From Candidatus Eiseniibacteriota bacterium (lineage in GTDB: Bacteria > Eisenbacteria > RBG-16-71-46): a stretch of 64,000 nt of DNA. The position numbers and the translations under genes are program-made. Below, piece by piece: positions 29,620 to 40,334 of this stretch; position 1 is the stretch's first letter, and each line of letters starts with the position of its first letter. Under the pieces are notes generated by a model, which was not told the origin of the DNA, did not search any database, and saw nothing but the letters and a program-made list of their open reading frames with translations. The stretch is from the NCBI GenBank assembly GCA_963707915.1, contig OY970178.1, positions 2,144,001 through 2,208,000 on the forward strand, given 5' to 3'.

Positions 29620-31122
29620 ATGGCCCACCCGCTCTTCGCGACCAAGCCGCTCAGCCTGCTGCTCGAGGAGATGAGGGGCGAGAACCGGCTCCGCCGCGTC
29701 CTCGGCCCCATCCAGCTCACCAGCCTCGGCGTCGGCGCCGTCATCGGGGCCGGCATCTTCGTGGCCACCGGCGCGGCCGCCCACAACGTGGCCGGCCCCG
29801 CGCTGATGCTCTCGTACGTGATCGCGGGCATCACCTGCATCTTCGCCGCGCTGTGCTACGCCGAGTTCGCCTCGATGGTCCCGGTCGCCGGCTCGGCCTA
29901 CACCTACGCCTACGCCACGCTCGGGGAGCTCTTCGCCTGGATCATCGGCTGGGACCTGGTGCTGGAGTACGCCGTCGGCAGCGCCACCGTCGCCACCGGC
30001 TGGTCGGGCTACTTCCAGAACGTGCTGCTCAAGCTGAACGTCCAGCTCCCGCTGGCCCTGCGCGAGTCCCCGTGGAAGTACGACGTCGTCACCGGCAACT
30101 TCATCGCCACGAACTCGCTGATCAACCTGCCCGCCATCATCATCGTCTGCATCGTCACCGCCGTCCTGGTCAAGGGCATCCAGGAGAGCGCCAACTTCAA
30201 CGCGACCATGGTGGGCATCAAGCTGGCGGCGGTGCTGTTCGTCATCGGGGTCGGCGTGTTCTACCTGAACCCGGCGAACTGGCACCCGTTCGCGCCCTAC
30301 GGCTGGACCGGCCTGAACTTCTTCGGCCACCACGTGTCGGGCCAGACCGACCCGCAGGGGGCGCCGCTCGGCATGCTCGCGGGGGCGGCGATCATCTTCT
30401 TCGCCTACATCGGCTTCGATTCGGTCTCGACCCACGCCGAGGAGGCGCGCGTCCCGCAGCGCGACGTGCCGATCGGCATCATCGCCTCGCTGCTGATCTG
30501 CACCGTGCTCTACATCCTGGTCGTCGCGATCCTCACCGGCATGGTGCGCTACGACCAGCTCGACACCGCCGCCCCGGTCAGCATGGCTTTCCGGCAGGCG
30601 GGCCTGGGCTGGGCGGAAGGCATCATCGCCGCCGCCGGCGTGGCCGGCATCACCTCGGTGCTGCTGGTGATGATGCTCTCCGGCCCGCGCGTGTTCCTGG
30701 CGATGGCGCGCGACGGCCTCGTCCCCCCGAGCTTCTTCGGCGCCGTGCACCCGCGGTTCCGCACCCCCTACAAGACGACGATGCTGATCGGCGTGTTCGT
30801 CGCGGTGCTCGCCGGCCTGCTGCCGATCGACGCGCTCCTGCACCTGACCAACATCGGCACGCTGCTCGCCTTCGTGATCGTGTGCGCCGCCGTGCTGATC
30901 ATGCGCGTCAAGCACCCCGAGGCCGAGCGTCCGTTCAAGGCGCCCTTCTACCCGTTCGTCCCCATCCTCGGCATCCTCTGCTGCCTGCTGCTGATGTTCT
31001 CGCTGCCGGTCGCCAACTGGTGGCGGCTGTTCGTCTGGCTGGGGATCGGCTTCGTCATCTACTTCGCCTACGGACGGCGCCACAGCGTCATGGCGAAGGC
31101 CCGCGCCGCCGCCGGGCGCTGA
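29620..31122 (+). CDS. APC-superfamily amino acid permease (CAT/YfnA-like)
   Basis: LGVGAVIGAGIF, CYAEFASMVPVAGSAYTY and FFAYIGFD. Confidence 0.93.
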   Translation: MAHPLFATKPLSLLLEEMRGENRLRRVLGPIQLTSLGVGAVIGAGIFVATGAAAHNVAGPALMLSYVIAGITCIFAALCYAEFASMVPVAGSAYTYAYATLGELFAWIIGWDLVLEYAVGSATVATGWSGYFQNVLLKLNVQLPLALRESPWKYDVVTGNFIATNSLINLPAIIIVCIVTAVLVKGIQESANFNATMVGIKLAAVLFVIGVGVFYLNPANWHPFAPYGWTGLNFFGHHVSGQTDPQGAPLGMLAGAAIIFFAYIGFDSVSTHAEEARVPQRDVPIGIIASLLICTVLYILVVAILTGMVRYDQLDTAAPVSMAFRQAGLGWAEGIIAAAGVAGITSVLLVMMLSGPRVFLAMARDGLVPPSFFGAVHPRFRTPYKTTMLIGVFVAVLAGLLPIDALLHLTNIGTLLAFVIVCAAVLIMRVKHPEAERPFKAPFYPFVPILGILCCLLLMFSLPVANWWRLFVWLGIGFVIYFAYGRRHSVMAKARAAAGR

Positions 31123-31129
31123 GCGCGTG

Positions 31130-32614
31130 ATGGAGACCGTCCGCGAGTTCAAGCGGGAGCTCCGGCTGCTCGACTCGACCATGATCGTGATCGGATCCAT
31201 GATCGGGTCGGGCATCTTCATCGTCAGCGCCGACATCGCCCGCACCGTCGGCGGGCCCGGCTGGATGCTGATGTCCTGGCTGGTCGCCGGGGTCATCACG
31301 ATCATCGGCGCCCTCTCCTACGGCGAGCTCGCCGGCATGATGCCGCGCGCCGGCGGGCAGTACGTCTACCTGCGCGAGGCCTACAACCCGCTCGTCGCCT
31401 TCCTCTACGGCTGGACCCTGTTCACGGTGATCCAGACCGGCACCATCGCGGCCGTGGCCGTGGCCTTCGCCAAGTTCACGGCCGTGCTGCTGCCCGGGCT
31501 GGGCGAGAACGTCGTGGTCTTCGACGCCGGGCTCTTCCAGGTGACCGCCGCGCGCCTCGTCGCCATCGCCAGCATCGTGGTGCTGACCGCGGTCAACCTT
31601 CGCGGGCTGCACGGCGGCCGGCTGGTGCAGAACGTCTTCACGGTCGCCAAGATCGCCGCCGTGCTCGGCCTGGTCGTGCTGGGGCTCGCGCTCGGGCGCA
31701 ACGCGCAGGCCATCGCGGCCAACTTCGCCGACTTCTGGCGCGCGAGCTGGACGCACGTCGCGGACGGCGTGGTCACGTCGGTCGAGCCGCTGGCCGGCCT
31801 CGCGCTGCTCGGCGCGCTGGGGGCCTCGATGGTCGGATCGCTGTTCGCCAGCGACGCCTGGAACAACATCACCTTCACCGCCGGCGAGGTGGTCGAGCCC
31901 AGGCGGAACGTCCCGCGGAGCCTCGCGCTGGGGACCGGCGCGGTCGTCCTGCTCTACCTGCTCGCGAACGTCGCCTACATCCGCATGCTGCCCGTGGGGG
32001 GCCTGCCCGGCGCGGCCGACGTGATCGGGCGCGGCATCCAGTTCGCGACCTCCGACCGCGTCGGCGTGGCCGCCGCCACCATGCTGTTCGGCGCGCCGGC
32101 CGCGGTCTTCATGGCGGTGCTCATCATGGTCTCGACCTTCGGCTGCAACAACGGCCTCATCCTGGCCGGCGCGCGCGTCACCTACGCGATGGCGCGGGAC
32201 GGGCTGTTCTTCGCGCGGGCCGGGCGGCTGAACCGCAAGGCCGTCCCGGGCGCGGCGCTGGTCGTCCAGGCCGCCTGGGCGAGCCTGCTCTGCCTCACCG
32301 GCACCTACGGCAACCTGCTCGACTACGTCGTCTTCGCGGTGCTGATCTTCTACGGCCTCACGGTCGCCGGGCTGTTCATCCTGCGGCGCAGGCGCCCCGA
32401 CGCCGAGCGGCCCTACCGCGCGTTCGGCTACCCGCTCGTGCCGGCCCTCTACATCCTCGCCGCCGCCGCGATCGCCGTGGACCTGCTCGTCCTCAAGCCC
32501 GCCTACACCTGGCCCGGGCTCGGCATCGTCCTGCTCGGCGTGCCGGTGTACTTCGCCTGGACGGGGTGGACGAGGACGAGGCGCCCGGGCCCGGACAGGG
32601 GCACGAAGGCATAA
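31130..32614 (+). CDS. APC-superfamily amino acid permease (LAT/SteT-like)
   Basis: GSMIGSGIF, YGELAGMMPRAGGQYVYLREAY, DAWNNITF and RPYRAFGYP. Confidence 0.93.
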   Translation: METVREFKRELRLLDSTMIVIGSMIGSGIFIVSADIARTVGGPGWMLMSWLVAGVITIIGALSYGELAGMMPRAGGQYVYLREAYNPLVAFLYGWTLFTVIQTGTIAAVAVAFAKFTAVLLPGLGENVVVFDAGLFQVTAARLVAIASIVVLTAVNLRGLHGGRLVQNVFTVAKIAAVLGLVVLGLALGRNAQAIAANFADFWRASWTHVADGVVTSVEPLAGLALLGALGASMVGSLFASDAWNNITFTAGEVVEPRRNVPRSLALGTGAVVLLYLLANVAYIRMLPVGGLPGAADVIGRGIQFATSDRVGVAAATMLFGAPAAVFMAVLIMVSTFGCNNGLILAGARVTYAMARDGLFFARAGRLNRKAVPGAALVVQAAWASLLCLTGTYGNLLDYVVFAVLIFYGLTVAGLFILRRRRPDAERPYRAFGYPLVPALYILAAAAIAVDLLVLKPAYTWPGLGIVLLGVPVYFAWTGWTRTRRPGPDRGTKA

Positions 32615-32675
32615 ACGAAGGGCCGGCGCGCGATCGCAGGTGTCGAACCGGTGATACGCGGCAGAGGAAGGCGAC

Positions 32676-33551
32676 CTACTCCTCCGCGGGGCGCCGCCCA
32701 CACGGCGACGACCACGGCCGCGATCGCCGCGGCAGCGCACCCGGCCGCACGCCCGCCAGCGTGTCGCGAATGGCCGCGAGCATCAGGGGGTCCACGACCC
32801 GCTCGGCCTCGGCCATGGTCTCGGCCCACTCGCGCGACCGGTGGCAGTAGGCCGCGATCACCGCGTTCTCGAACAGCGCCGCAACGCGGCCGAAGTCGTT
32901 CGTCCGCCCGGCCGGTGCGCTGCGCCACAGTCGCTCGTTGCCCTGGTAGAGGGGCTGCGACCGCTCCCAAGTATGGGCCAGGTCTGCAACCAACGCCCCC
33001 GCAGAATCGCGCAGGACCAGCTCCACTTTGGGGGCGCCGGCGTGGCCGGTGAAGGCCGATTCCCAGTCGGCGGCGAGGTCGAGGAACTCGCCGTTGCGGT
33101 AGCACGTGTCGGGTGCGTACGACTCGAAATCCCGCTCACCCAGCCACCCGAGCGGAATGAGGCGTCCGGCCCGCAGTCCAATCACCTCGGTGCCGTCGCC
33201 CTTCCAGTGGTTGCCGCCCGGCCCCGAGGTGGCGATGAACAGGTACTCGCCGCGCTGGAGCACGGTACCCTCGAGGCCCTGGCGCGCCTCGGTGCGGTCG
33301 TCGGCCATCGTGTAGGAGAGCATCGAGAGGCACTCGCCACCGCGCGTGATCCGCCAGTCCACCTCCCAGCCGAAGGGCGCACCGTCCGTGCGTGGCCGCA
33401 CGCGCGCGCGCACCTCGACGGGCGCGCGCTGCAGGACGATCCAGGTCGGGCCTAGCGGCACGCCAGGTTTGGTGCCAGCGGCAGAGGCACACACGACCAT
33501 GGTGGCGACCATGATGGCGCTACACATCATGACTTGCGGGGCGTTCGCCTT
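32676..33551 (-). CDS. Hypothetical exported protein
   Basis: GGAGG before ATG 33551; hydrophobic N-terminus; no recognisable motif; fills the intergenic space. Confidence 0.5.
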   Translation of the reverse strand, partial: KANAPQVMMCSAIMVATMVVCASAAGTKPGVPLGPTWIVLQRAPVEVRARVRPRTDGAPFGWEVDWRITRGGECLSMLSYTMADDRTEARQGLEGTVLQRGEYLFIATSGPGGNHWKGDGTEVIGLRAGRLIPLGWLGERDFESYAPDTCYRNGEFLDLAADWESAFTGHAGAPKVELVLRDSAGALVADLAHTWERSQPLYQGNERLWRSAPAGRTNDFGRVAALFENAVIAAYCHRSREWAETMAEAERVVDPLMLAAIRDTLAGVRPGALPRRSRPWSSPCGRRPAEE

Positions 33552-33610
33552 CATCCCGGCCTCCTTGGGCATTACGCAACGGACCAGCGCCGTACACCGG
33601 TCGGGTGCGC

Positions 33611-33967
33611 TCAGGCGCGGTGAGGTTTCGTGCTCGCCTTCGGGCTGATCTCTCTCGCGCGGGTCCGCCGCCGCGGCGCGGACCGCTCGCGCACCGTCGC
33701 GGGTGCGGCCCGGCTGACGAGCGGGTAGCGCTCCGGGTGCTCGATGGACTCCACCGCGAGATCGACGTCAAGCTCCGGCCACCAGAGGTGGTGCTTCTGC
33801 GGACGCTGGACGTTCAGCAGGGCATCGATCGGCGCCTTCCGGAACCACGGGAACTGCTCGAACGGGAGGAAGAGCTCCCGCTCATCGAGCAGCAGCCACA
33901 GACCGTTGGGAGAAATGTTGCTCACCTCAACGGCCGAAGTGCGCTTTCCATGCCTGGCGGATCTCAT
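33611..33967 (-). CDS. DUF2442 protein (putative DhiA-type antitoxin)
   Basis: AVEVSNISPNGLWLLL, LPFEQFPWFR, HLWWPELDVDLAVESIEHPERYPL; overlaps the upstream DUF4160 gene. Confidence 0.8.
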   Translation of the reverse strand: MRSARHGKRTSAVEVSNISPNGLWLLLDERELFLPFEQFPWFRKAPIDALLNVQRPQKHHLWWPELDVDLAVESIEHPERYPLVSRAAPATVRERSAPRRRTRAREISPKASTKPHRA

Positions 33968-34166
33968 CTTCATGCTCCCGGATGAGGCGAAGCGCGATCG
34001 ATACCTGGCGGGCGCTGAGTCCGTAGTTCTCGAAGATCACGATCTCCGGGGTGAGCCAGAACTTGGCTTCGCCCCGGGTCCCCTGCACGTGGACATGCAG
34101 GCGGGGTTCCTCGCGCGAGAAGAAATAGAACCGCAGGCCGCCCGCCCGAAAGATCGTCGGACTCAT
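33927..34166 (-). CDS. DUF4160 protein (putative DhiT-type toxin)
   Basis: MSPTIFRAGGLRFYFFSREEPRLHVHV..EAKFWL...IRQAWKAHFG. Confidence 0.85.
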   Translation of the reverse strand: MSPTIFRAGGLRFYFFSREEPRLHVHVQGTRGEAKFWLTPEIVIFENYGLSARQVSIALRLIREHEDEIRQAWKAHFGR

Positions 34167-34298
34167 GACCGGATGCTACCACCGACCCGTGGATCACGGC
34201 ACGTCCGGTCCCGATCGGCTGCGCACCGTCGCGACGGGCGCTGTAACGGAGCGACCCCGGCGCCGCGAAGGCCCCGGGGTCGCGGTCGAGGACGGCGC

Positions 34299-35435
34299 TC
34301 AGTCGCCGAAGCTGATGCCGAGGTCGCGCGCGGTGTCGACGGTGTCGCTGTCGAGCGGCACCGTCTTCATGCGCTTGACCGCTTCCTTGAGCGGCTCGTA
34401 GCGCACGGTCGGCGGGTTCAGCGAGACCATCACCGCCGACTGGCCCTCGTCGAGCGCGCGCACCGCGGCCGCGCCGAAGCGCAGGGCCACCAGCCGGTCG
34501 AAACTGGTGGGCGAGCCGCCGCGCAGCAGGTGCCCGAGCACCACGGTGCGCGCCTCCTTGCCGGTCAGCGCCTCGAGCTGGTGGGCGACCTTGTCGCCGA
34601 CGCCCCCGAGCTTCTCGGCCTGCCCGACCGCCTTGCCGGTCACCGAGACCCCGCCGCCCATGGCCTTCGCGCCCTCGGCCACCACCACGACCGTGTAGGT
34701 GCGGCCCTTGCGCTCGCGCTCCCGGATGACCTCCGCCACCTTCTCGATGTCGTAGGGGATCTCGGGGATGAGGATGATGTCGGCGTTCCCGGCGATCCCG
34801 GTGTGCAGCGCGATCCAGCCGGCGTAACGGCCCATCACCTCGACCACCATGATGCGGCGGTGCGAGGTGGCCGTGGTGTGCAGGCGGTCCATGCACTCGG
34901 TGGCGAACGACACGGCGGTGTCGAAACCGAACGTCATGAAGGTGCGGTCGAGGTCGTTGTCGATGGTCTTCGGCACGCCGACCACGCGCAGCCCCTTCTG
35001 CGCCAGCGCATAGCCGATCGACAGCGAGCCGTCGCCGCCGACCGTGATGAGCGCGTCCAGTCCGGCCGCGTTGAAGCGCTCGACCAGCTCGTCGGTGCGG
35101 TCGACTTCGATGAACGAGCCGTCGGGCTGCCGCACCGGGTACGCCGTCGGACTGCCGCGGTTCGTCGTGCCGAGGATCGTGCCACCGAGGTGCGTGATGC
35201 CGGCGACCGATGCGGGCGTCAGGAGGAAGAGACCGCCCGCCGGGTAGTTCTCGGGCGAGAGCAGGCCGTTGTAGCCCTCGCGGATGCCGTAGCACTCCCA
35301 GCCCTTGTGAACCGAGGCGAGCACGACGGCCCGGATCACCGCATTGAGGCCCGGAGCATCACCGCCCCCAGTGCTGATGGCGATCTTCCTGATCTTCTGG
35401 ATGGGCAAAGGGCACTCCGCCGTCCGTGGAGGCAT
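34299..35435 (-). CDS. pfkA: 6-phosphofructokinase (PfkA family, probably ATP-dependent)
   Basis: TGGGDAPGLNAVIR, GGTILGT, GGDGS, PKTIDND, EVMGR and LGHLLRGG. Gly in GGDG favours ATP over PPi. Start uncertain. Confidence 0.92.
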   Translation of the reverse strand: MPPRTAECPLPIQKIRKIAISTGGGDAPGLNAVIRAVVLASVHKGWECYGIREGYNGLLSPENYPAGGLFLLTPASVAGITHLGGTILGTTNRGSPTAYPVRQPDGSFIEVDRTDELVERFNAAGLDALITVGGDGSLSIGYALAQKGLRVVGVPKTIDNDLDRTFMTFGFDTAVSFATECMDRLHTTATSHRRIMVVEVMGRYAGWIALHTGIAGNADIILIPEIPYDIEKVAEVIRERERKGRTYTVVVVAEGAKAMGGGVSVTGKAVGQAEKLGGVGDKVAHQLEALTGKEARTVVLGHLLRGGSPTSFDRLVALRFGAAAVRALDEGQSAVMVSLNPPTVRYEPLKEAVKRMKTVPLDSDTVDTARDLGISFGD

Positions 35436-35611
35436 ACCAGGGGCGATGAATACTCCGTGCCCTCATTGTCGGCACGGCCGGGCCGGACTGAAGGGGTGCC
35501 CGGGGGCGAGCGCAGGCCCGGGGTGATGCGAGGCGGGGAAGTGGCGGGGGGCGGGGAGCGGCGGGCCCCGTGCCGGGCATCGTTCCCGGGCACCCCGGCC
35601 GTCGGGCGCAC

Positions 35612-35956
35612 CTACCCCGGCGGCCACCTCAGCGAGCGCCCGCCGAGCAGGTGGACGTGGAGGTGGTAGACGGACTGGCCCGCCTCCGGCCCCACGTTGG
35701 TGACCAGCCGCCAGCCCAGCTCGAGCCGCTCGTCGCGCGCGATCTTCGCGGCCAGCCCGAACAGCTCCGTCAGCATGACGGCGTGCTGCGGGCCCAGGTC
35801 GGCCGCGGAGTCGGCGACGTGCTCCCTGGGGACCAGCAGGACGTGGGTCGGCGCCTGCGGGTTGTTGTCGCGGAAGGCGTAGACGTGCGTGGTCTCGCCC
35901 ACCTTCTTCGCGGGGATCTTCCCGGCGACGATCTGGCAGAAGATGCAGTCGGACAA
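35612..35956 (-). CDS. Histidine triad (HIT/HinT) nucleotide-binding protein
   Basis: DCIFCQI, PQAPTHVLLVP and GQSVYHLHVHLLGGR. Confidence 0.93.
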   Translation of the reverse strand: MSDCIFCQIVAGKIPAKKVGETTHVYAFRDNNPQAPTHVLLVPREHVADSAADLGPQHAVMLTELFGLAAKIARDERLELGWRLVTNVGPEAGQSVYHLHVHLLGGRSLRWPPG

Positions 35957-36125
35957 GCGGGCCTCCTTCGGGTCGGATCGGAGTCTGCCCCGACCCTATC
36001 ACTTCGCCCCGCCGCCGGTGAAGGCGCGGCACGGGTCACGCACCCGGATGGACTTCGTGTAGCATGGCGGGACGGGACCGGCCCGCGGCCGCCCCGCGCC
36101 CGCCGCACAGGAGGACCTCGTCGCG

Positions 36126-37085
36126 ATGAAGCGGATCCTGGCCGTGCTGCTCGTGCTGCTCGCCGGCGCGGCCATGGTGCTGCTGCGCCCCGCCGCGCAG
36201 CGCTTCCCCTCGCACCCCCGCCCGGCCACCAGCTACGCGGACGCGCTGCGGCGCGTCTCGGCGGTCGGGGCCCGCGACGACGCCACGATCGCGCCCGAGT
36301 GCCGCACCCTGCTCCTCACCCACGGCGCCCGCACGGCGCGTGCGGTGGTGCTGCTGCACGGCCTGACGAACTGCCCGGAGCAGTTCCGGGTGCTGGGCGA
36401 GCGGCTCTACGGGCGCGGCGCCAACGTCTACATCCCGCGCCTGCCGGAGCACGGCCTGGCGGACCGCATGACCGGGGCGCTGGCGCGGCTCGACGCGCGG
36501 GCGATGTGCGCCGCCACCGACGAGGCGGTGGACATCGGCCGCGGCCTGGGCGACAGCGTCATCGTGGTGGGGCTCTCGATCGGCGGCGTGATGGCCGAGT
36601 GGGCCGCGCAGGAGCGCGCCGACGTGGTCCGCGCGGTGCCCATCGCCCCGCTGCACGGCCTCGCCCGGGCGCCCGGGGCGCTCGCCGGGCCGGCGATGAA
36701 CCTGCTGCTGACGCTGCCCAACCAGTTCGTGTGGTGGGACGACAAGCGGAAGGCCGACCTGCCCGGGCCGAAGCACGTCTACCCGCGCTTCTCGACCCGG
36801 GCCGCCGGCGAGACCGTGCTGCTGGGCGCCGCGGTCGAGGCCGAGGCGCGCCGCGCCCCGCCCGCCGCGCGCTCGATCGTGGTGATCACGGTGGGCGGCG
36901 ACGTCGCGGTGGACAACCCCGCGGTCGCCCGGCTGACCCAGGTCTGGCGCGCGCACGGCGCGCACGTCATCGCCCGCGAGTTCCCCGCGCGCCTGCGCCT
37001 CAACCACGACATCATCGATCCCGTGCAGGTCGGCGGGAACCCGGCGCTCGTCTACCCGGTGCTCCTGGACCTGATCGCGCCCTGA
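36126..37085 (+). CDS. Exported alpha/beta hydrolase (esterase-like)
   Basis: VLLHGLT, nucleophile elbow GLSIGG, C-terminal Asp and His; N-terminal signal or anchor. Confidence 0.85.
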   Translation: MKRILAVLLVLLAGAAMVLLRPAAQRFPSHPRPATSYADALRRVSAVGARDDATIAPECRTLLLTHGARTARAVVLLHGLTNCPEQFRVLGERLYGRGANVYIPRLPEHGLADRMTGALARLDARAMCAATDEAVDIGRGLGDSVIVVGLSIGGVMAEWAAQERADVVRAVPIAPLHGLARAPGALAGPAMNLLLTLPNQFVWWDDKRKADLPGPKHVYPRFSTRAAGETVLLGAAVEAEARRAPPAARSIVVITVGGDVAVDNPAVARLTQVWRAHGAHVIAREFPARLRLNHDIIDPVQVGGNPALVYPVLLDLIAP

Positions 37086-37131
37086 GGCCGGCGTGGTGGA
37101 CACGCGAACCGTCGGGCGCGCTCCGCGAGGG

Positions 37132-37935
37132 TCAGGCCTGCGCCACCCGTTCCAGCACGGCACGGATCCCGCGCAGCGTGTCGGCGCCCGAGCGGTGGCC
37201 GACGGCGAGCAGCGCGGCGACCGCCCGTCCCAGCACCTTCGCTCCCGGTTTCGGCAACGCCAGCGTCTCCAGCAGCCCCAGCACCGGCTCGGCGTAGAAA
37301 CCCGCCGCTGCGGCGTCGAGCATCTGCGCGGCGAGGCGCGTGGTCCGGGACGTGCCGCGCTCGAGTTCCGCGCTCAGCCGCCGGCGCAGGGTCGCCGCGG
37401 CGCCGGACGCCTCGCTCGCTGCGTCGAGCCCGGCCAGCACGCCCACGATCACGTCGTCGCCCGAGGGCGTGAGCCCCTCGCCCAGCCCGACGAGCGCCGC
37501 GAGCCCGCGGATCTCGCCGCCCGCCCGGAAGCGCGCCAGCGCGGCCTCGATCACCGGTTCGAACGGCCCGGCCGGCGGCGCCGCGCCCGCGTGCCGCGCG
37601 AGAGCGGCCGCCGATGCCGGCAGCGCGCGCAGCCGGCGCCGCAGCCGCAGCTCCACGACCTCGAGCCCGGCGAGTTCGATCTTCAGGGCCCCCACCTGGA
37701 TGACGCCCTGCGAGACGCGCAGCGGCGCGCCCTCGCAGATGCCCGCGAGCTCCGGCACGGCGAGCGGCACGGCGACCGCCCAGGGGTGCAGCGGCGTCTC
37801 CGCGGGCAGGAGTGCGACCAGCGGCCCGTCGTCCAGCAGCAGGTTCACGGCCCGCGCGTGGACCGAGACGACGGAGCCGCGCCGGTCGCCCATCAGCGCC
37901 TCGGCGGCGAAGGGTCCGGCGCGGCGTGCGCTCAT
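37132..37935 (-). CDS. DUF2877 protein (YlbF/AllH/YahE-like)
   Basis: GSVVSVHARAVNL, LVGLGEGLTPSGDD and VGHRSGADTLRG. Confidence 0.85.
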   Translation of the reverse strand: MSARRAGPFAAEALMGDRRGSVVSVHARAVNLLLDDGPLVALLPAETPLHPWAVAVPLAVPELAGICEGAPLRVSQGVIQVGALKIELAGLEVVELRLRRRLRALPASAAALARHAGAAPPAGPFEPVIEAALARFRAGGEIRGLAALVGLGEGLTPSGDDVIVGVLAGLDAASEASGAAATLRRRLSAELERGTSRTTRLAAQMLDAAAAGFYAEPVLGLLETLALPKPGAKVLGRAVAALLAVGHRSGADTLRGIRAVLERVAQA

Positions 37936-37948
37936 CGGCTGCGACTCG

Positions 37949-38854
37949 CTAGCGCTTCAGCCTGCGCTTCGCCGTCGTCCGCCGGGCCGCGGGATTGCGG
38001 CCGTGCAGTTGCGGCGCGAGCGCCCCGGCGATGTCGCCGTACTTCGTCAGCTTGCACTTCGCCTTGATCTTCATGAGCTTCGCGTAGCGGGCGTCGTCCA
38101 CGAACGCCACGATGCGGGCGATCGAGGACTCGCCGTCCACGAAGCGCCAGGGGAAGCAGCCGATCTGCACGCGCTGGTTGAGCAGCAGGTCGATGTCGCC
38201 GCCCAGGCACTCGGCGTGGATGATGCCGTGGTTGAACATCTCCAGGTGCATCAGCTGGTACTTGCCGTCGTCGAAGAACTCGGCCAGCGGCTTGCCGTAC
38301 TTCGCGCGGAAGTGCGCGTCCGCCTGGCGCGCCTGGCGCGGCATCCAGTCGCGGATGATGGTGTTCATCGGGTGGTCGGCGCTGCCGCAGTCCACGCCGA
38401 TCCAGCGCAGCTTCTTGCGCTTGGCCCACTGGGCGAACTCCCGGTCGGGACCGGGGTGCTTGACCATGTAGGCGATCTCGTCGGCCGTGGGCTGGTCCCA
38501 GCCGTGGTGGTGGAAGCCGGTGTGGATGATGAGGATGTCGCCGGTCCGCACCTCGACCCGCTCCTCGACCATCTTCGAGGTGTAGACGTCGTAGGCGCCG
38601 CACACGTCCGAGAGATCGACCACCGCCGCGTCGTGCACCAGGAAGTCCATGTCGAGCGAGGCGATGTCCTTGCCCGGCGTGTAGAAGTGGATCTCGCCGT
38701 CGAGGTGCGTGCCGAGGTGGTTCGAGTGCGTGAGCAACTGGCCGTTGGCGCCGTTGGGCGCGAGCCGCTTGAAGTACTTGATCTGCAGCGGCTCGTAGGT
38801 CGGCCACGCCGGGGTGGCGATGCCGAGGGGGATGGTCAGGTCGATGAGCTTCAT
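37949..38854 (-). CDS. Cyclase-family metal amidohydrolase (kynurenine formamidase/isatin hydrolase fold)
   Basis: MKLIDLTIP, HLGTHLDG (HxGTHxD), GDILIIHTG and IGVDCGSADHP. Confidence 0.9.
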   Translation of the reverse strand: MKLIDLTIPLGIATPAWPTYEPLQIKYFKRLAPNGANGQLLTHSNHLGTHLDGEIHFYTPGKDIASLDMDFLVHDAAVVDLSDVCGAYDVYTSKMVEERVEVRTGDILIIHTGFHHHGWDQPTADEIAYMVKHPGPDREFAQWAKRKKLRWIGVDCGSADHPMNTIIRDWMPRQARQADAHFRAKYGKPLAEFFDDGKYQLMHLEMFNHGIIHAECLGGDIDLLLNQRVQIGCFPWRFVDGESSIARIVAFVDDARYAKLMKIKAKCKLTKYGDIAGALAPQLHGRNPAARRTTAKRRLKR

Positions 38855-38880
38855 GTTCTCCTCCGGGACGTGACGGCGCG

Positions 38881-40334
38881 TCAGGCCTGCGGGGCCGGTG
38901 CGCCGAGCGACTCTGCGAACGCGAGCAGCGCCTGGCGGAAGCACGCGATCGGCGGCTTCACCAGGCCGGCACCGACCATGCCGATGCCGGGCTGCTTGTG
39001 CGCGATGCCGGTGTTGACGACCGGCACGACGCCGCTCTCGACCACCTTGAGCAGGTCGATGCCGGACGCCGTGCCGCGGAAATCGAGCGCCGGGATCTTG
39101 TAGACCGGGTGCTCGGCGAGCGTGATGTCGTACATGCGACGGGTGTAGCCGAGCGCCTGCGCGGCGCTGCCGCCCACGAACTGGACGATGGCGGGCGCGG
39201 CGGCCATGGCCATGCCCCCGAGCCCGGCGGTCTCGGTGATGACCGAGTCGCCGATGTCGGGCGCGGCGTCGGCGGCGCCGAAGCCAGGCAGGTAGAGCCC
39301 GTCCACCATGGGCGCGGGAGCGGTGAACCAGCGGCCCGGCAGGGCCGACACCTGGATGCCGAAGTCGGTGCCGTTGCGCGCCATGACGCTGATCATCGAG
39401 TCGAGCGCGGGATGCCGGCCGCCGGGTCGAGCGAGCACTTGCTCGCCGCCATCGAGAGGTTGAGGAAGAAGTGATCGTTGCCGTCGAGGAAGCGCAGGAC
39501 CGCGGCGATGTCGTCCGTGGCCGCCCGGATGCCGACCAGGTGCGGCGCCAGCGTGCGGATGAGCAGCGAGGTGGCCGCGCGGTTGCGGTTGTGCACCTCG
39601 TCGCCCATCTGCAGCGCCTGGGCGATCACGTTGCGCAGGTCGAGCGGCCCGTGCGCGGCCAGCGCCTCGCGCAGCGCCGGGGCCAGCACCTGCTCCATCC
39701 AGCGCAGGCGGGTGAGCACCTCGTCGTCGTAGGCGCCGTAGCGCAGCACCTTGCCCAGCCCCTCGTTCAGCGTGGAGTAGGCGCGGTTGCCGAACGCCGT
39801 GTTCTCGAGGATCCAGACCGGCATCGAGGCGGTGACCACGCCGGCCATCGGCCCGACGGCGGCGTGGTGGTGGCAGGGCGCGAACGCGACCTTTCCCGAG
39901 GCGGCGAGCCGCGCGGCCTCCTCGGGCGTCCGCGCCAGGCCCTCGTAGACCAGCCCGCCCATCACCGCGCCGCGGGTCGGCCCGCTCATGCGCTCCCACT
40001 CGACCGGCGGACCGGCGTGGAGCACCAGGTCCTTGCGCATGCCGGGGACGACGTCGAGCGCGGTGCCGATGCCGACGATGGTCGGCCGCGCCGCCAGCAG
40101 CCGCTCGACCGACTGGCGGGTCGCCGCGGCGATGTCGGCGCGCACCGCGCCGTCCGCGCCCAGGCAGGCGTCGAGCGCCGCGAGCAGGGCGGGGTCGCCG
40201 CCCGCGGGCGGGCGCCAGTCCACGTCCACCGCGCTGCCTCCGGCGCTGCGCAGGTCGGCCGCGAACGAGGCCAGGCCGACGTTCACCACCGACAACTCCG
40301 CGCCGAAGAGCGCGAGCACCTTCTCGACGTTCAT
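38881..40334 (-). CDS. DUF1116 protein (YlbE/AllG/YahG-like) with an FdrA-tail-like N-terminal segment; frameshift near 39400
   Basis: N-terminus VVNVGLASFAADL..VDWRPPAGG; LHAGPP, PCHHHAAVGPMAG, NEGLGKVLRYGA, MGDEVHNRN, NDHFFLNL, MARNG, DIGDSVITE and NTGIAHK. Confidence 0.9.
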
